From: Octopus vulgaris
Taxonomy: Eukaryota
Assembly (NCBI GenBank): GCA_951406725.2
Contig: OX597828.1
Span: 39,122,001 to 39,186,000 of the forward strand
Direction of reading: 5' to 3'
DNA length: 64,000 nt
Position numbers and translations under genes: made by a program. Of this stretch, positions 50,396 to 63,480 are shown piece after piece. Below the pieces are notes generated by a model. It was not told where the DNA came from and did no database searches. It saw only the letters and a list, made by a program, of their open reading frames with translations. How positions within the stretch are numbered: the stretch's first letter is position 1; the number at the start of each line of letters is the position of its first letter.

Positions 50396-53205
50396 GTACT
50401 CCACCCATTGGTGTCTTTTGTGGAATCCAGCTTGTAGCAAACATTTGGATCAGGTCTCCAGTCTAAGAATAACCCATGAGTTGTTTTGATTTCTTCTAGA
50501 TTTGGCAGCCCAACCAAATAAATGATGGGCTTAGTCCCTTGCCACCTCTGATTATGCCCTGACAAAATTAAAAGAAATTCCTCACCATTTTGTTCTTGAC
50601 ATTTGAAATCTTTAAGATATTGGTTAAAATAGATTCTGTATGCAACCTAATGACTCACAGTTTTTCCTTTTTTTTTTTTTTTTTTGAGGTTTACTAGTAA
50701 GTTTTTATTTATTTATTCATCTTCACCTATTTCTCATTCCATTTTACTCATCATCATGAGACTGGAACATTCCAAAAATAAAATTAACTTTTTAATGATT
50801 TGTAGTTGTCGCTAGATGAGTATGAAAGTGTGTGTGTGTTGTGTTATCTATCCATTTGTTTTCCTTTTAAGACGATTGACTGAGAAGGGAACAGTTGTCT
50901 GGCTGGTCCCAACATGACTTCACTATGATTTGGAAAGTGTTGACATCCATGCCATGCATATCACTTTAGTTTTGAGGGGTCAATACCAAAAAGTTGTGGT
51001 ACTTTGAAACTAAAACTATTTCACTACATGGTCCTCTTTCATGAAGGATTAGGCGAAACACAAGGCACCATGCAGCAGCAGTCTGAGGATTTGTTATGAT
51101 TTGTGTCATTCCTCTCAGATCATTTAGATATTGAATATTGCATAATGCTGAATTTCACATTGTCAAAGAGACATCTGAAACATAGTACTCTACTAGAAGC
51201 CAAAGATGATGTTCTTTTTGCGATTGTCAGACTGATTTGAAATAGTACAGCCAGATCTCCCTCAAACTACACTCTACCCATTTTAAATGACATATTGGAC
51301 AATGTGGTCCCTGGTATAGAATAAGAGGGGATGGTCATAGCTGGAACACCTTTGATTGTGGGTCTGTTCATTCAGGGTTAACTTGGGGCTACACAACAAT
51401 ATTATTCTGTTATCATCATCATCATTTTAATGTTTACTTTTCCATGTTTGCATGGGTCAGACAGAATTCATTGAAGCAGGTTTTCTGTGTCTGGAAGCCC
51501 TTCCTGTTGCCAACCATCACCTGTTTCCAAGTAAGGTAATATCTCTCCATGGCCAGATATGCTTTCATGGAAGATTGGAAACAGAAAACATTGTCTGTAT
51601 GACAGAGATGCTCATTTGAAGTGTTACACTATTCCTTATTGTAAATCAATCAGTTCAGTAGATTATCCCAGTCAGGCTGAAAGTATGTATTGGGTCTCAT
51701 AATTTTGTTTACCTTAATCATATAAATTCCATGAATCACTCCATCAATTTCACAACATCAAACCTAAAAGCCTTTCTCTTTTCTTTCCCATCCCCATCAT
51801 ATTTATTTCTAGTTTTTAACAAAGGGTTGTGTATTGTATTTCAGTAATTCTTAAAATCTGGGGTTTTTTAAGCAGAAAATTATTTTGAGACAATTCACAT
51901 AGTTATGTGTATTGTTTGTTTTCTTTTCTTTTCTTTTTTTAATTAGAAAATATTTCTGTCAGAAATATATCTTCAAAGGACTTAATGAGCTAGCTTTCCC
52001 ATTTTAGACCATTTTGTGTTTATACAATCACTTCCATGCTTCCATGAACACAAGAACCTCTTATGCAGTTGTTCATCCAGCCAAATTTTCCACTAATGGT
52101 ACGCTATCATTTTAGAAAAAGGAAAACACACACACATGAGATAATGTTGTCCCAGGTTAATACTTTGCATCATTTAAGTTATATATATTGGTTTTTGACG
52201 GAGGAACTTAAAAGTAGATAAAGTTTTTAATAATAGTTTGTAAATAACAGGTTAGAAATATTTAATATGTGTGGGTTTATGTTAAAGATACATTTGTCCC
52301 TTGTTCTTTTTCCCTGTTTAACTATCTTCAATTCTGAATCTTGTAACTGATGAATAACAGACACATAGACACACGTTTTCAGTCTTTGAAAATACCATAG
52401 ATTGACATGGGACAAAGTGCTTGCACTATTTGTTCCAGCCCTTTATGTTCTGGGTTCAAATCCTGCCTAATTCAGCTTAACCTTTCATCCCACTGGGGTT
52501 ACTAAAATAAAGCACCAGTCAAAAATTGCCCTCGGTTTAATCAACTACCCCACCACTCTTGAATTTCTGATCATGTGCCTATATTATAAATTCTTATCAA
52601 TTATTTGACGAGTAACAAATAAAAACAACAGAGTTTCTAATATGATTGTGGTCAGCTTTGCTTTTTATCCTTCTGGGGTCAATTTAATAAGTAGGTGCAG
52701 TAGCTTGCTTACCAACCACATGGTTCTGGGTTCATTCCCACTGCATGGCACTTTGGGTAAGTGTCTTCCACTATAGCCTCGGGCTGACCAAAGCCTTGTG
52801 AGTAGATTTGGTAGACGGAAACTGAAAGAAGCCCGTCGTATATATATATATATATATATATGTTTGTGTCTGTGTTTGCCCCCCCCCCCCCCAACATCAC
52901 TTGACAACCAATGGTGGTGTGTTTACGTCCCTGTAAAGTACTTGGCATGATTTAGCAGATTCTACTTTCCTCTTAAATATAATTATTTAATCAGTTGAAA
53001 TGCCAAAATCAGTGGCACATCCCATTATATTCCATGTTCAAATCCCATAAGATTGTTTCTATATTAGAAATCAGTTTTTAGAGTTTTGTCTATCTTAGTG
53101 GTTTTTACTTTATGCTTTGTTTTTATATATAGGTTTTTAAAAAATATTTTAATTGCTAATATGTATTTTATTGCTGCAGTTCTGTTCTTTCATCAGATAT
53201 TAATT

Positions 53206-53438
53206 TATTTCTTTATTGCCCACAGGGGGCTAAACATAGAGGGGACAAACAAGGACAGGCAAAGGGATTAAGTCGATGATATCGACTCCAGTGCATAACT
53301 GGTACTTATTTAATTGACCCTGAAAGGATGAAAGGTAAAGTCGACCTTGGTGGAATTTGAACTCAGAACATAATGGCAGATGAAATACCACTAAGCACTT
53401 TGCCTTGTGTGCTAACAATTCTGCCAGCTTGCTGCCCT
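53206..53438 (-). mobile_element. SINE with Deu/Nin-like core
   Basis: Reverse complement of the 30796-31034 family, with CpG decay. Confidence 0.8.
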
Positions 53439-54841
53439 TTTCATCAGATATTAATGATATGACACAGTTTTATTTATTGATGAGTTTTATTACTCCTAAA
53501 TTGGTTAGAGTAATGAATCTAGTCAGGATTTTTGTTCTCTTCATACACACTATCAAAAACCATTGGTTACCTATTTTGACCATGTATGCTTACTCTCTCA
53601 CATACAACATCAGTCACATTGTATTTAACATCTGCTATATAACTAAACTGTGTAGCAACGACCTCATAAATAAAGCATCAATCCATGGGATCCCAAGATC
53701 ATATTTCGTTCATGTTAGTACTGGATATCTGTGCAGAATGTCACAGAACCATAGTTTGTTTTAATCTGAGAGAACGGAGTACATATGGAAGGACTGGTGA
53801 TGAGTAATGTCGACAGCTTTAATTTACAACTTGAAATTATAATTCAAGGAAAATATTCTCCATCTGCTCTCCTAAAGCTCCTTGCTGTATTTTAGTTTAT
53901 ATTGCGAAAGATCTCTGACTGGAATTCCAGAGATCTTTTCAAGTGTTCATAACTGATGTCTTTAAAATCCAGTTACTTCAAGACAGTAGCCACTGTGGTG
54001 ATTGATACACAACAGACCTTTGTCACATTCTTCTGGTAGCTTGACAATTTCTGATCTGGTGCAGTAAAAATAATAACAATATACATCTCTCTCTCTTTCT
54101 GTCTCTCTTCCTCTTCCTCTCTCTCTCTCTCTTTTCAGATCAACGTAATTTGGACTGAGATAATGGACACAAATAAATTAAATAAAAATATTAAAACCAC
54201 CAAAAACAAAACTGTACAATCATTCTATTCTTTTTCTATGTAGATTGGTCAAACATCTACGTTCCATGGCATTGAGAGAATAAATTATTTTTGTTTTGCA
54301 TGAATTGGTGAATTTATATTTTTTTTAATTTCCTTTTGAAAATCTTAAACACTTTCCGTTGAGATTCAAACTGTTGTGGTTTATTGTTTCTTATGTTGAA
54401 ATCTTTGTGATGTCTTCCATTTAACATGGCATTTCCTCCTGTCTCACTCTCCCATCCCCGCCCATCCATGTTTTTTTTTTTATAGTTCATCTGAAATGGC
54501 TTCTTTGGTTCATACACATTGAGACAAAAGAAGTTTAAAAGTCACCAGCTACTCAATAGATATTAAATTTCCAGCTTATCTGTGTGTGAAGGTATACAAG
54601 CCTTGTGGTTAGGATGTTGCACTCAAGATCCCAAGGTTGTAGTTTCAATTTCCAGACCAGCAGTGCATAGTGTTCTTGAGCAAAACACTTCCTTTCACAT
54701 TGCTCCAGCCTGCTTAGCCATAAATGGATAACCCTGCGATGGACTGGAGTGTAGGTGTAATGTTGGCCTGCCCACCCAGGCAGTGGGAGGGAATCATTCA
54801 AAAGCTGGTTGATACAGCAATGGTGTGTATATATATATATA

Positions 54842-55216
54842 GGTGCTGGAGTGGCTGTGTGGTAAGTAGCTTGCTAACCAACTACATGGTTGCGGGTTCA
54901 GTCCCACTGCGTGGCATCTTGGGCAAGTGTCTTCTGCTATAGCCCCGGGCTGACCAATGCCTTGTGAGTGGATTTGGTAGACAGAAACTGAAAAGAAGCC
55001 TGTCGTATATATATATATATGTGTTTGTGTTTGTCCCCCTAGCATTGCTTGACAACCGATGCTGGTGTGTTTACGTTCCCGTCACTTAGCGGTTCGGCAA
55101 AAGAGACCGATAGATTAAGTACTGGGCTTACAAAGAATAAGTCCCGGGGTCGATTTGCTCGACTAAAGGCGGTGCTCCAGCATGGCCGCAGTCAAATGAC
55201 TGAAACAAGTAAAAGA
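54842..55216 (+). mobile_element. Full-length tRNA-derived SINE (family of 42356-42742)
   Basis: Collinear with 42356-42742 at high identity. Confidence 0.85.
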
Positions 55217-56786
55217 GAGAGAGTATATATATATATACTCATCATTATCATTATTTAACACTCACATTTGCTGAGGTAGATTTTCTACAGCTGGATGCCC
55301 TTCCTGTCTCCAACCCACACCTGTTTCCAGGCAAAGTAATATTTCCTGTGACCAAACATGTTTTCCATGGAACTTGCAAAACACATAATAACACTTGTAT
55401 GGTGCTGATGCTCATTTACAACCATCACATGATATTAAGACAAGAGCACACACACACACATACATACATTCAATGGTGTGTTTCAGTTTCTGTCTATCAA
55501 ATCCACTCCCAAGGCTTTGATCAACATGGGGTTACAGTAAAAGACACTTGCCCAAGGTGTTATGCAAATTGGACTGAACCCAAGAAGCAAGCTTCTTAAC
55601 AACACAGCCTATATCGTCATCACTGTTATGTGCGTATATAGGCTACTCTGATTTTATACCATGTGAGAGCAATGCCTATTTGAAATTTATTCAAGTTGTT
55701 CATATTTTTCACTACTGTATCACCAGTGCTATTTCAACTAATCAATACAAATGGCCTTAATTTTTATGTTTGAAAATAATGCCAGTTTCAAATTTGACCA
55801 AAACCTTCATATTTTTATCACTACACCACTGCTGAGATTTCAATCGATCATTGATGAACACTTTCAATCAATCAAGGTGAGCATTTGTGTTTGGTTTGTT
55901 TACATTCTTTGGCAAGAATTTGTACATTATCCTTTATTTTAATGTAAAACTAGTTACAAGTCACAGACAATAATTAGTGAAATGTTTGTTTATTCATTTA
56001 CTAATTAGATGTGCTATTTAGTTACTCCCAGTAATGTGCCAGAATTTAATATAATTATTATAAGAAGTTTGTTTCCTTACTAATTAATTGTATTTACTTA
56101 GTATTGTTTCAAAATAAAGTTATTGTGAATAATAAAAAAAAAATAAATAGCCATATCAAATAAGAAGAAATTAATGAATGCCAAAGTTCAACTTATCAAG
56201 AAATCTTGTTGACACGTATATTCTTGAAAATGAAAATGGAAGTAATGTAGGAAATGAAAAGTGTCGAAACCAGCCTAGAATTTGTAGGGTTAAGAATTTA
56301 CCTCTGTTAACTGTATTGGGGATCATGAAGAATGCAGAAAAAATAAAACATTCAGTGCAAGCAAGCTAAGTCCATCTATCATTTGTGTAAAGGTTAAAGT
56401 TTGTTTTCATGCACTGCATGAGAAAGAGGGTGAAAAAAAATTTTTTTATGGGTAGTAAGAGCTGGTTTGTTACAGTGTTAGCATAACTGGTAAGGCAACA
56501 AATGCATATTCTAAGTCGTGGGGAATATCTTGAGGATCTTATTTTTGCTGTAAAAGAAACAGGATTATATTGGTAGAGAATGGCCTCAAGAACCTTTATT
56601 ATTATTGAGGAAAAGTCAGCATTTGTAGTTAAGTGGACTGAAGTAATGTGCAATGAAATGTTTTGTTCCAGAAAACTGTATGAAATCATAATTTAGTGAT
56701 TGTGATTATAACACCCAAACCACTAGGCCATACACTCGGGTATTTGAAATACATTATATTAATATAAATTAATATTGTGTCTATTA

Positions 56787-57338
56787 CGAGGGTGAGTCAA
56801 AAAGTAATGCCATTTTGTTTAGGACAGGTATAATTGCCAACACAGGAACATGTATCATACATCAAAATGAAACTGGTCCTCTGTGGATCACATCCTTACT
56901 TCTCAACATAGTCACTGTTTCTCTCAATAGCAATGTTCCACCTTCAAATGAGAGCATGTATCCCTGTCTCGCAAAATTCTGTTGACTGTTCTTTGAGCCA
57001 CTTCTTCACTACAGTTTTCACTTCCTCGTCACTGGAATAATGTTTGCCTCTCAAACCCTCTTTCATGAGGCCGAAGAGATGATAGTCCAGTGACGAGGAA
57101 GTGAAAACTGTAGTGAAGAAGTAACTCAAAGAACACTCAACAGAATTTTACGGGGCAGGGATACATGTTCTCATTCGAAGATGGAACATTGCTATTGAGA
57201 GAAATGGTAACTGTGTTATGGAGAAGTAGGGATGTGATCCACAAAAGACCAGCTTCATTTTGATGTGTGATACATGTTCCTGTGTTGGTAATTATACCTG
57301 TCCTGAACAAAATGGCATTACTTTTTGACTCACCCTCG
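56787..57338. mobile_element. mariner-derived foldback element made of two 3' ends
   Basis: TA|CGAGGGTGAGTCAAAAAGTAATGCC...GGCATTACTTTTTGACTCACCCTCG|TA with ~250-bp arms. The minus strand encodes DYHLFGLMKEGLRGKHYSSDEEVKTVVKKWLKEQ, a mariner transposase C-terminus. Confidence 0.9.
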
Positions 57339-57762
57339 TAAAACCTATGTTAACAGGATTTTATAGAAAAAGTTATTTCTTTTTATGCTTAGAATGCCTC
57401 TCCATGTAAAATCAGGACAGCCTGCATATAATGTGTGTGTGTGTGTGTATTTTGACGAACTGATTGATTGATCACTATTAGTCTTGTTTAAGTAGTAGAA
57501 TGTATCACTGAGGAGGCCTAATCATTGCCTTCCTTATCTAGCTTTAAAGATGATAGTAGGAAGAAGTTATCAAATGCTTGAAGACCCATCCTGATGACTT
57601 ACAACAGAATTGTCTCCACTAAAAACAGTTAATATTCTAGAAAGTGATGTTAATCTGAGAAATAGGCAAAGACGACCAGAAATAGAAATGGCCTCTCTGA
57701 TTGATTTCTACACTTGTTTCCATTAACCAAATTTAACAGATAAGGCCCAAGTCTGTGGCTGC

Positions 57763-57981
57763 GGACATTATTGTAGAGCTGAAAACGAGGTAATTTCTAC
57801 TCTTCTCCTCAGGAAGCCATCTGTTTGTGATACCAGAGGGCGCTCACTCTCCTACCCCGATGTAATCTCCAGGGATACAGGCATCCAGTAACAGGATCTC
57901 CGTAGTGCTATGATGGACCGTAAAGTCTGGCGTAACATAGTAAATTCCATTGTCTCGACCACGGTTGAACAATGATGATGA
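57763..57981 (+). mobile_element. RTE-like LINE 3' end, 5'-truncated
   Basis: Homologous to 62616-62864; (GAT)n tail; TSD tggctgc. Confidence 0.75.
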
Positions 57982-59081
57982 TGGCTGCAGACGCTTGGGT
58001 ATGGCTGATGCACAGGTAAATTGAAATCATATAAATGAGAAGTAAACTTCTTAAACATCACAGCCATACCTGCACTCAAAAATGAGCGTTTAAACTCTCT
58101 TTACTCATCCATCACATGAATACCTGGAGTTTTGTTTATATAAACATGCACGACCATAATTAGATGTAAAATGTTGGGTTTCGTCTGAAAGGGGGTGGGG
58201 AAATAGCACAGATCGAATTAACTTCAATATCCTAGCTACAAACTAAAGATAAGAGGACTCCTGGGAAAGCAAGAGTGCCACCGGGTTCTGACTCTGTTGC
58301 TACGTGCCCCAACTTCAGATGCTAATCGGGTCGTCTTGAGAGACACGACTAACAAACCTCGTGTATGTCAAGACTTTTTCACAAGGGAGCTAAGGGAGAC
58401 AACTCTAGCACTACTAATTTGCAATATAATTGAGCTGGGGTTTGATCCAAACCTGCCGGAATAGCTTTCTGTTAGCTTCTGCGGTAGGAATATAGCTAAG
58501 ATATGTAGCACGAGCTGATTGCAACTGGGGTGCTAGACAGGGGTACGGACAAAAGCTCCTACTTTCCAAAAGTGTGAAAGTGGACAAAAGCCACATGCTT
58601 ATATTTGTTTCGTTTTTTTTTTCACACTTCTTGACGCCTAACCTGGTCAAATCTGACATTTCGTTTTTATTTTCATTTTACTTGTTGCAATTATTAAACT
58701 GAGGCCATGCTGGGGCATCACTTCGAAGAAATTTTAATCGAATGTATCGACTCCAATATTTTTTTTAATGATTTTCAACAAACACACAGTTAAGCATAAA
58801 ATGTCTTTCTACATGCTAGAGATAACAGCCAAATCTTTAGACACTATTTTTATATAATTTCAAATAAACATTGACCACGAGGCTGAGAGTGTGTCTCCTC
58901 AACAATTCGATGAATTCGTTTTGCATTGCTGCTGAGGTGTAGGTCGCATTTTTTGGAATCATGCTGTAACATTCCATTAGCTTTGAGTCTTTCTCTAAAG
59001 TGTACTGGAATAATTTCATAAAAAGACCACAAGGCTACGGTATCATCTTCCGAATAAAGATCCAAAACACAAAATAAATCA

Positions 59082-59505
59082 TTTTTTTTACACAAAATAA
59101 ATAATTTTTTAAACAAAATAAAACACAAAGTAAATAATTATTTTTTAAAACAAAGTAAATAAATTTTTTTTTCTAAACAACGGAAATAATTTTTTTTAAA
59201 CAAATTAAATAAAAATAATACGCTACCTGTTTTTGGTACCCCCATCATTCTCTAAAAATGTCGTTTTACGTTCTTCTAATAACTTTCAACCGAATTTGTA
59301 TGAACATTTGTTATAGGATCGACAAAATTTCCGGAATGGTTTCCCTTGAAATGGGTGTATCTTGATATCACATCTATTTCAATAATCCCATTGTACACAC
59401 TCCAAGTTTATTTACGTTGTTTAGACAAAAATTTTATTTAGTTTGTTTGGAAAAAATAATTTATTTACTTTGTTTAAAAAATTATTTATTTTGGTAAAAA
59501 AAAAC
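59082..59505. repeat. AT-rich inverted repeat with internal subrepeats (foldback-like)
   Basis: ~59082-59188 is the imperfect reverse complement of ~59410-59505; the subunit is aaacaaagtaaataaattttt. Confidence 0.6.
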
Positions 59506-59676
59506 CTATTTGTTAAAATAAAAACCCATCGATTAATTTGCATACGCGCACTCGTTGTAGGATCGACTAGTCATGACTAGCTAGCGAGTTCAGGCACCGG
59601 GACCACTCTTAAATAGTACCAAAGTGCCGACAAATAAAACAAAATAAGGCTTTCTTTGAAAGAGCATACTCTAACC

Positions 59677-60368
59677 CAGTGGTTTACAACCAGGGTTCCG
59701 CAAGAAGTTACAAAACTGCTAAAATCGGCAGTAATTTTTAAGTCTCCTGTGCAGATATCTATATATATATAACTGTAGTTGTGTGAGTGTCTGTCCCCTT
59801 CGATTTAGATTCCTAATTACTCCCACATTTTGCGGTGCAGTTTAACCAAATTCGGGTATCTTATAGTCGTGATTCATATCGAGCCCGTCTGAGTATTAGC
59901 GCGCGTCTACGATGAGTCTACGATTTTAAAAATAATTTAACATCCTTTTTTAGTCCATTTTAATGCATAATTTTTCGTGTGTCGATGGCGGCGGAGTTGG
60001 CGTCCATGGTCACACCTGCACCTGTTTGCTTCTCCCCCTTCTTCCCTCCCTCGTGAAGCTGTGGGGAAGGGAGCGTAAGGAAATCAACGTCGTAAAGCGT
60101 TGTCAAGGAGACCAGCGTTCTTTTAGAACAACGACTTCATGGCTTGAAGACACCAAAACAGAAATGGCTAAGAAAGCCCGAATTGGCATCTATAAAGGAA
60201 GTAACTCTCTAAAAATGCTTATATAGTTATTTCTCTTACAAACCCGAGCAACGCCGGGCGATACTGCTAGTGTGTTCATAAGACTATTAAATTATTGCAC
60301 AGGGGTTCCTCAAGCCAGTGGAATGTTTCCTTGGGGTTCCGCTGCAGCAAAAAGTTTGAAAAGCACTG
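59677..60368. mobile_element. hAT-type MITE carrying a nested Helitron
   Basis: CAGTGGTTTACAAC / TTTGAAAAGCACTG; perfect 8-bp TSD ctctaacc at 59669-59676 and 60369-60376. Confidence 0.85.
59758..60270 (+). mobile_element. Non-autonomous Helitron
   Basis: A|TC start, subterminal hairpin CCCGAGCAACGCCGGG, CTAG|T end, no TSD, CpG-rich. Confidence 0.85.
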
Positions 60369-61785
60369 CTCTAACCATAAACGATCAGTATACCAGCTTG
60401 ACGAGAAGTCACGTCTCTGATTTCTATAAAGTTTTGGATCAAATTTTGCTAGAACTGGCTGCATTGGTTGGCAGTCGTCGACCTGTCCTAGATCATCCAA
60501 TGAAGGTGGCAAAGACTTTGCAAGACCTCCCCTGAGCTGTGAAACTTCTTTTGCAATTCTCTTCTGCTTAGCATTATTAAATGAATCAGATTGGAAATTC
60601 AGCAATGATTGCTTCAGTTTTCTTTTTCGGTAGTGATTCATTATTTTTGGGCACCGATATTCGCAATAATTAATTCTAAGGTAAGAGTAACAATTTCTTA
60701 AAATGTATGTATTTTTAAATTAAACTCAAAAGAGATTTCGGTTCAAACAATTTTGTTTTTCAATTTCTTCAAAGTTATGCTTTTTTTTAGTAAAACACAA
60801 AATTTCAGTATAAACTTTGTTCAAAGAGTAAGAAAAATTATTCAGTGAAAGTTCACACCTGAAAAATACTTTCTGAATGTATATTTTTGGAAATTTCAAA
60901 AATTTTCTTTCCTTTTTCGCGAATAATAAATCCTCTCTGACTAGTAAGAAATGAAATGACGTTTTAATGTCTGTCTCTGTTCATATATATACGTGTGTTG
61001 TGATGCGTTTACTACCATAAATCTCTAACTACAGCAACAATTCTTCACATACTTTTCAACATCAACAAGGACAATCAGCAGCACCGCCGTCACCACCACA
61101 AACACCAAACACTTTGACCAGCTCTAATTTACCCACATTTTCATATCACTTACTATATTCAAAAGAAATTCAATTTATTGCATCTTTAGCGACTTCAGAT
61201 ACTGAAACTAAGAGCGGAGGGGCTGAGATTCGGGGGTGCTGAGCACTCCATAGCCACCCCCCATCCCGCAGATATAATTTAGAAGATATGCAGACACACT
61301 TTATGATTTCTGAGCAGCCAATCTGATCTGCGCAAATAGTGCATCTTTTACTTGTTTCAGTCATTAAACAGTGGTCATGCTGGGGCAGCACTTTGAAGTA
61401 CACTTTTTTAAAAGCCTGGTAGTTATTCTATTGGTTTCTTTTGCCAAACCATTACGTCATGGGGACGTAAACACACCAACACTGGTTGTCAAGTAGTGGT
61501 GGAGAACAGACACAAAAGCATACACATATCTAGATAAATATACATACCTATATACATATATATATATTGGCCTGCTTGCTTAGCCAGTGGGGTGGCATCA
61601 TTCGAAGGCTAAAACAATGCGAACGCATTGTGACCAGCGATGTGTTACAACATCTGATGGTCTGGTCGGTCACGTGATCACATGATATATATATATAGTT
61701 GAAATTTACAGAAAAGCAAAAGACGAAGACAGGTGTATAAACAACAAGCAGGTGTATTAGTTTGGCACTCAGGAAGGTGAAAAAG

Positions 61786-61820
61786 TCTTATGTTTCGAGC
61801 CTACGCTCTTTAACAGAAAG
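61786..61820 (-). ncRNA. Decayed minimal hammerhead-like motif in a Penelope-like repeat
   Basis: Minus strand reads CTTT-CTGTTAA-A-GAGC(GTAG)GCTC-GAAAC-ATAAGA. Stem II is perfect; the core box is mutated. Confidence 0.35.
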
Positions 61821-62058
61821 GAATAAACTGTGGAGTTAGCAATCAATCATGGCAACAAGAGATTAGAAAGTTGTTTATTATTGACAACAAATTTGTTGTT
61901 AAAAATGAACTTCCTTATCTCCAGTTTCTTTTCTTTTAAATGGATATAAACTATATGCTTTACATATATCAAAAGGAAATTCATTCCCCCAAAATACTAG
62001 GTATTGAACCAGTATTTCCTTGGATGAAACCATCCCTTCATGAGGTTAACATATCCTC

Positions 62059-62153
<95 letters not shown>

Positions 62154-62615
62154 GTGCATGGCTTAGTGGTTAAGGTGTTGCACTCTCAATTGCAAGATTG
62201 TGGGTTCGATTCTCAGACATTGCATTGTATTCTTGAGCAGAGCACTTCATTTCATGTTGCTCTGCAATCATTTCATTATCTGACATGTAGCACATGGTGC
62301 ACCTGTACAGGTAATGTCAATTTGATGGTAGGAGTGAGCTTATGTGCAACACCAGCACTTGATCACTTTAAACAAATCCTCTGTGTGGCTGTTTGGCAAG
62401 CAATTGCCAAACCTTCATACATCATCTAACAGCAGGAGTCCATTGTATATATGCATTCAGTTTCCATCTATGAGATCCATTCACAAGGTGCTGGTTGGCC
62501 CAAGGCTATTGTAGAAGATGCTTGCCCATGGTGCCACACAATGGGACTGAATCTAGAAGCATGTGGCTGGGAAGCAAGCTTCTTACCATACAGCCATCCT
62601 GTTCTTAGCTCACCT

Positions 62616-62864
62616 GTGAAAGGTAGGAGAGTCCAGTTTGCTGGACATTATTGTAGAGCTGTAAAAGAGGTAATTTCTACTCTTCTCCTCTGGAAGCCAT
62701 CTACTCGCAATACCAGAGGGCGCACACTCTCCTACCCTGATGTAATCTCCAGGGATACAGGCATCCAGCAACAGGACCTCCGTAATGCCATGATGGACCG
62801 TGAAGTCTGGTGTAGCATGGTAAATTCCATTGTCTCGACCACGGTCAAACAATGATGATGATGA
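62616..62864 (+). mobile_element. RTE-like LINE 3' end, 5'-truncated
   Basis: Translation RRVQFAGHYCR...LLLWKP..RGRTLSYPDVISRDTG..AMMDREVW; (GAT)n tail; TSD tagctcacct. Confidence 0.8.
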
Positions 62865-63480
62865 TAGCTCACCTACCTTCATCTCCTAAGGCTCAGATTA
62901 ACCACTGAATACAATCATCCTCCTTATTCAGAGCATGTTCTACCTGCATGTGTTTTTTTTTTCCTGCAGGTATGGCTATGTGATTAAGAAGCTGGCTTTG
63001 GCAACTACATGGCCTCAGGTTCACTTCCACAGCATGGCACCCCTTGAGTGAGTATCTTCTACTATAGCCCTGGGCAAACCAATGCTTTGTGAGTTAATCA
63101 GGCAGACAGGAAGCCTATCATGTGTGTGTGTGTGTGAATGTCCCACCCCACCCATGTTTGACAGCCTCTGTTGGTTTCTTTATGCCCTCATAACTTAGCA
63201 GTTTGGCAACAAGAAGCAACTGAATAAACTCCAGACTTAAGGAGTGGGGTCAATTTATTCAACTAAACCCTTTAAGATAAAGCTCCAACATGGCCACTGT
63301 CCAATGGCTGAAACAAGTAAATGATAAAAGATAAACAGCTACTGACATAAAACTGTTCAAGCAGAAAATTAATTGTTGTTCATTTTGCCAATCTTAGAAA
63401 CCCTGCAAGAACCATGGCTGCAGAGCCATTAGAAAAGAAAATACTTATGAAGTGTCCTGGTTCACAAATTTGTTTGGTTT

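Larger units (their letters stand above)
58880..60641 (-). pseudogene. Fragmented hAT transposase (TTF zinc finger + DUF4371/ZMYM-like region)
   Basis: Removing the insert 59677-60368 restores QPVLAKF..RRDFSSSWYTDRLWLEYALSKKALFCFICRHF. A downstream piece reads DSKLMECYSMIPKNATYTSAAMQNEFIELL. Confidence 0.75.
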
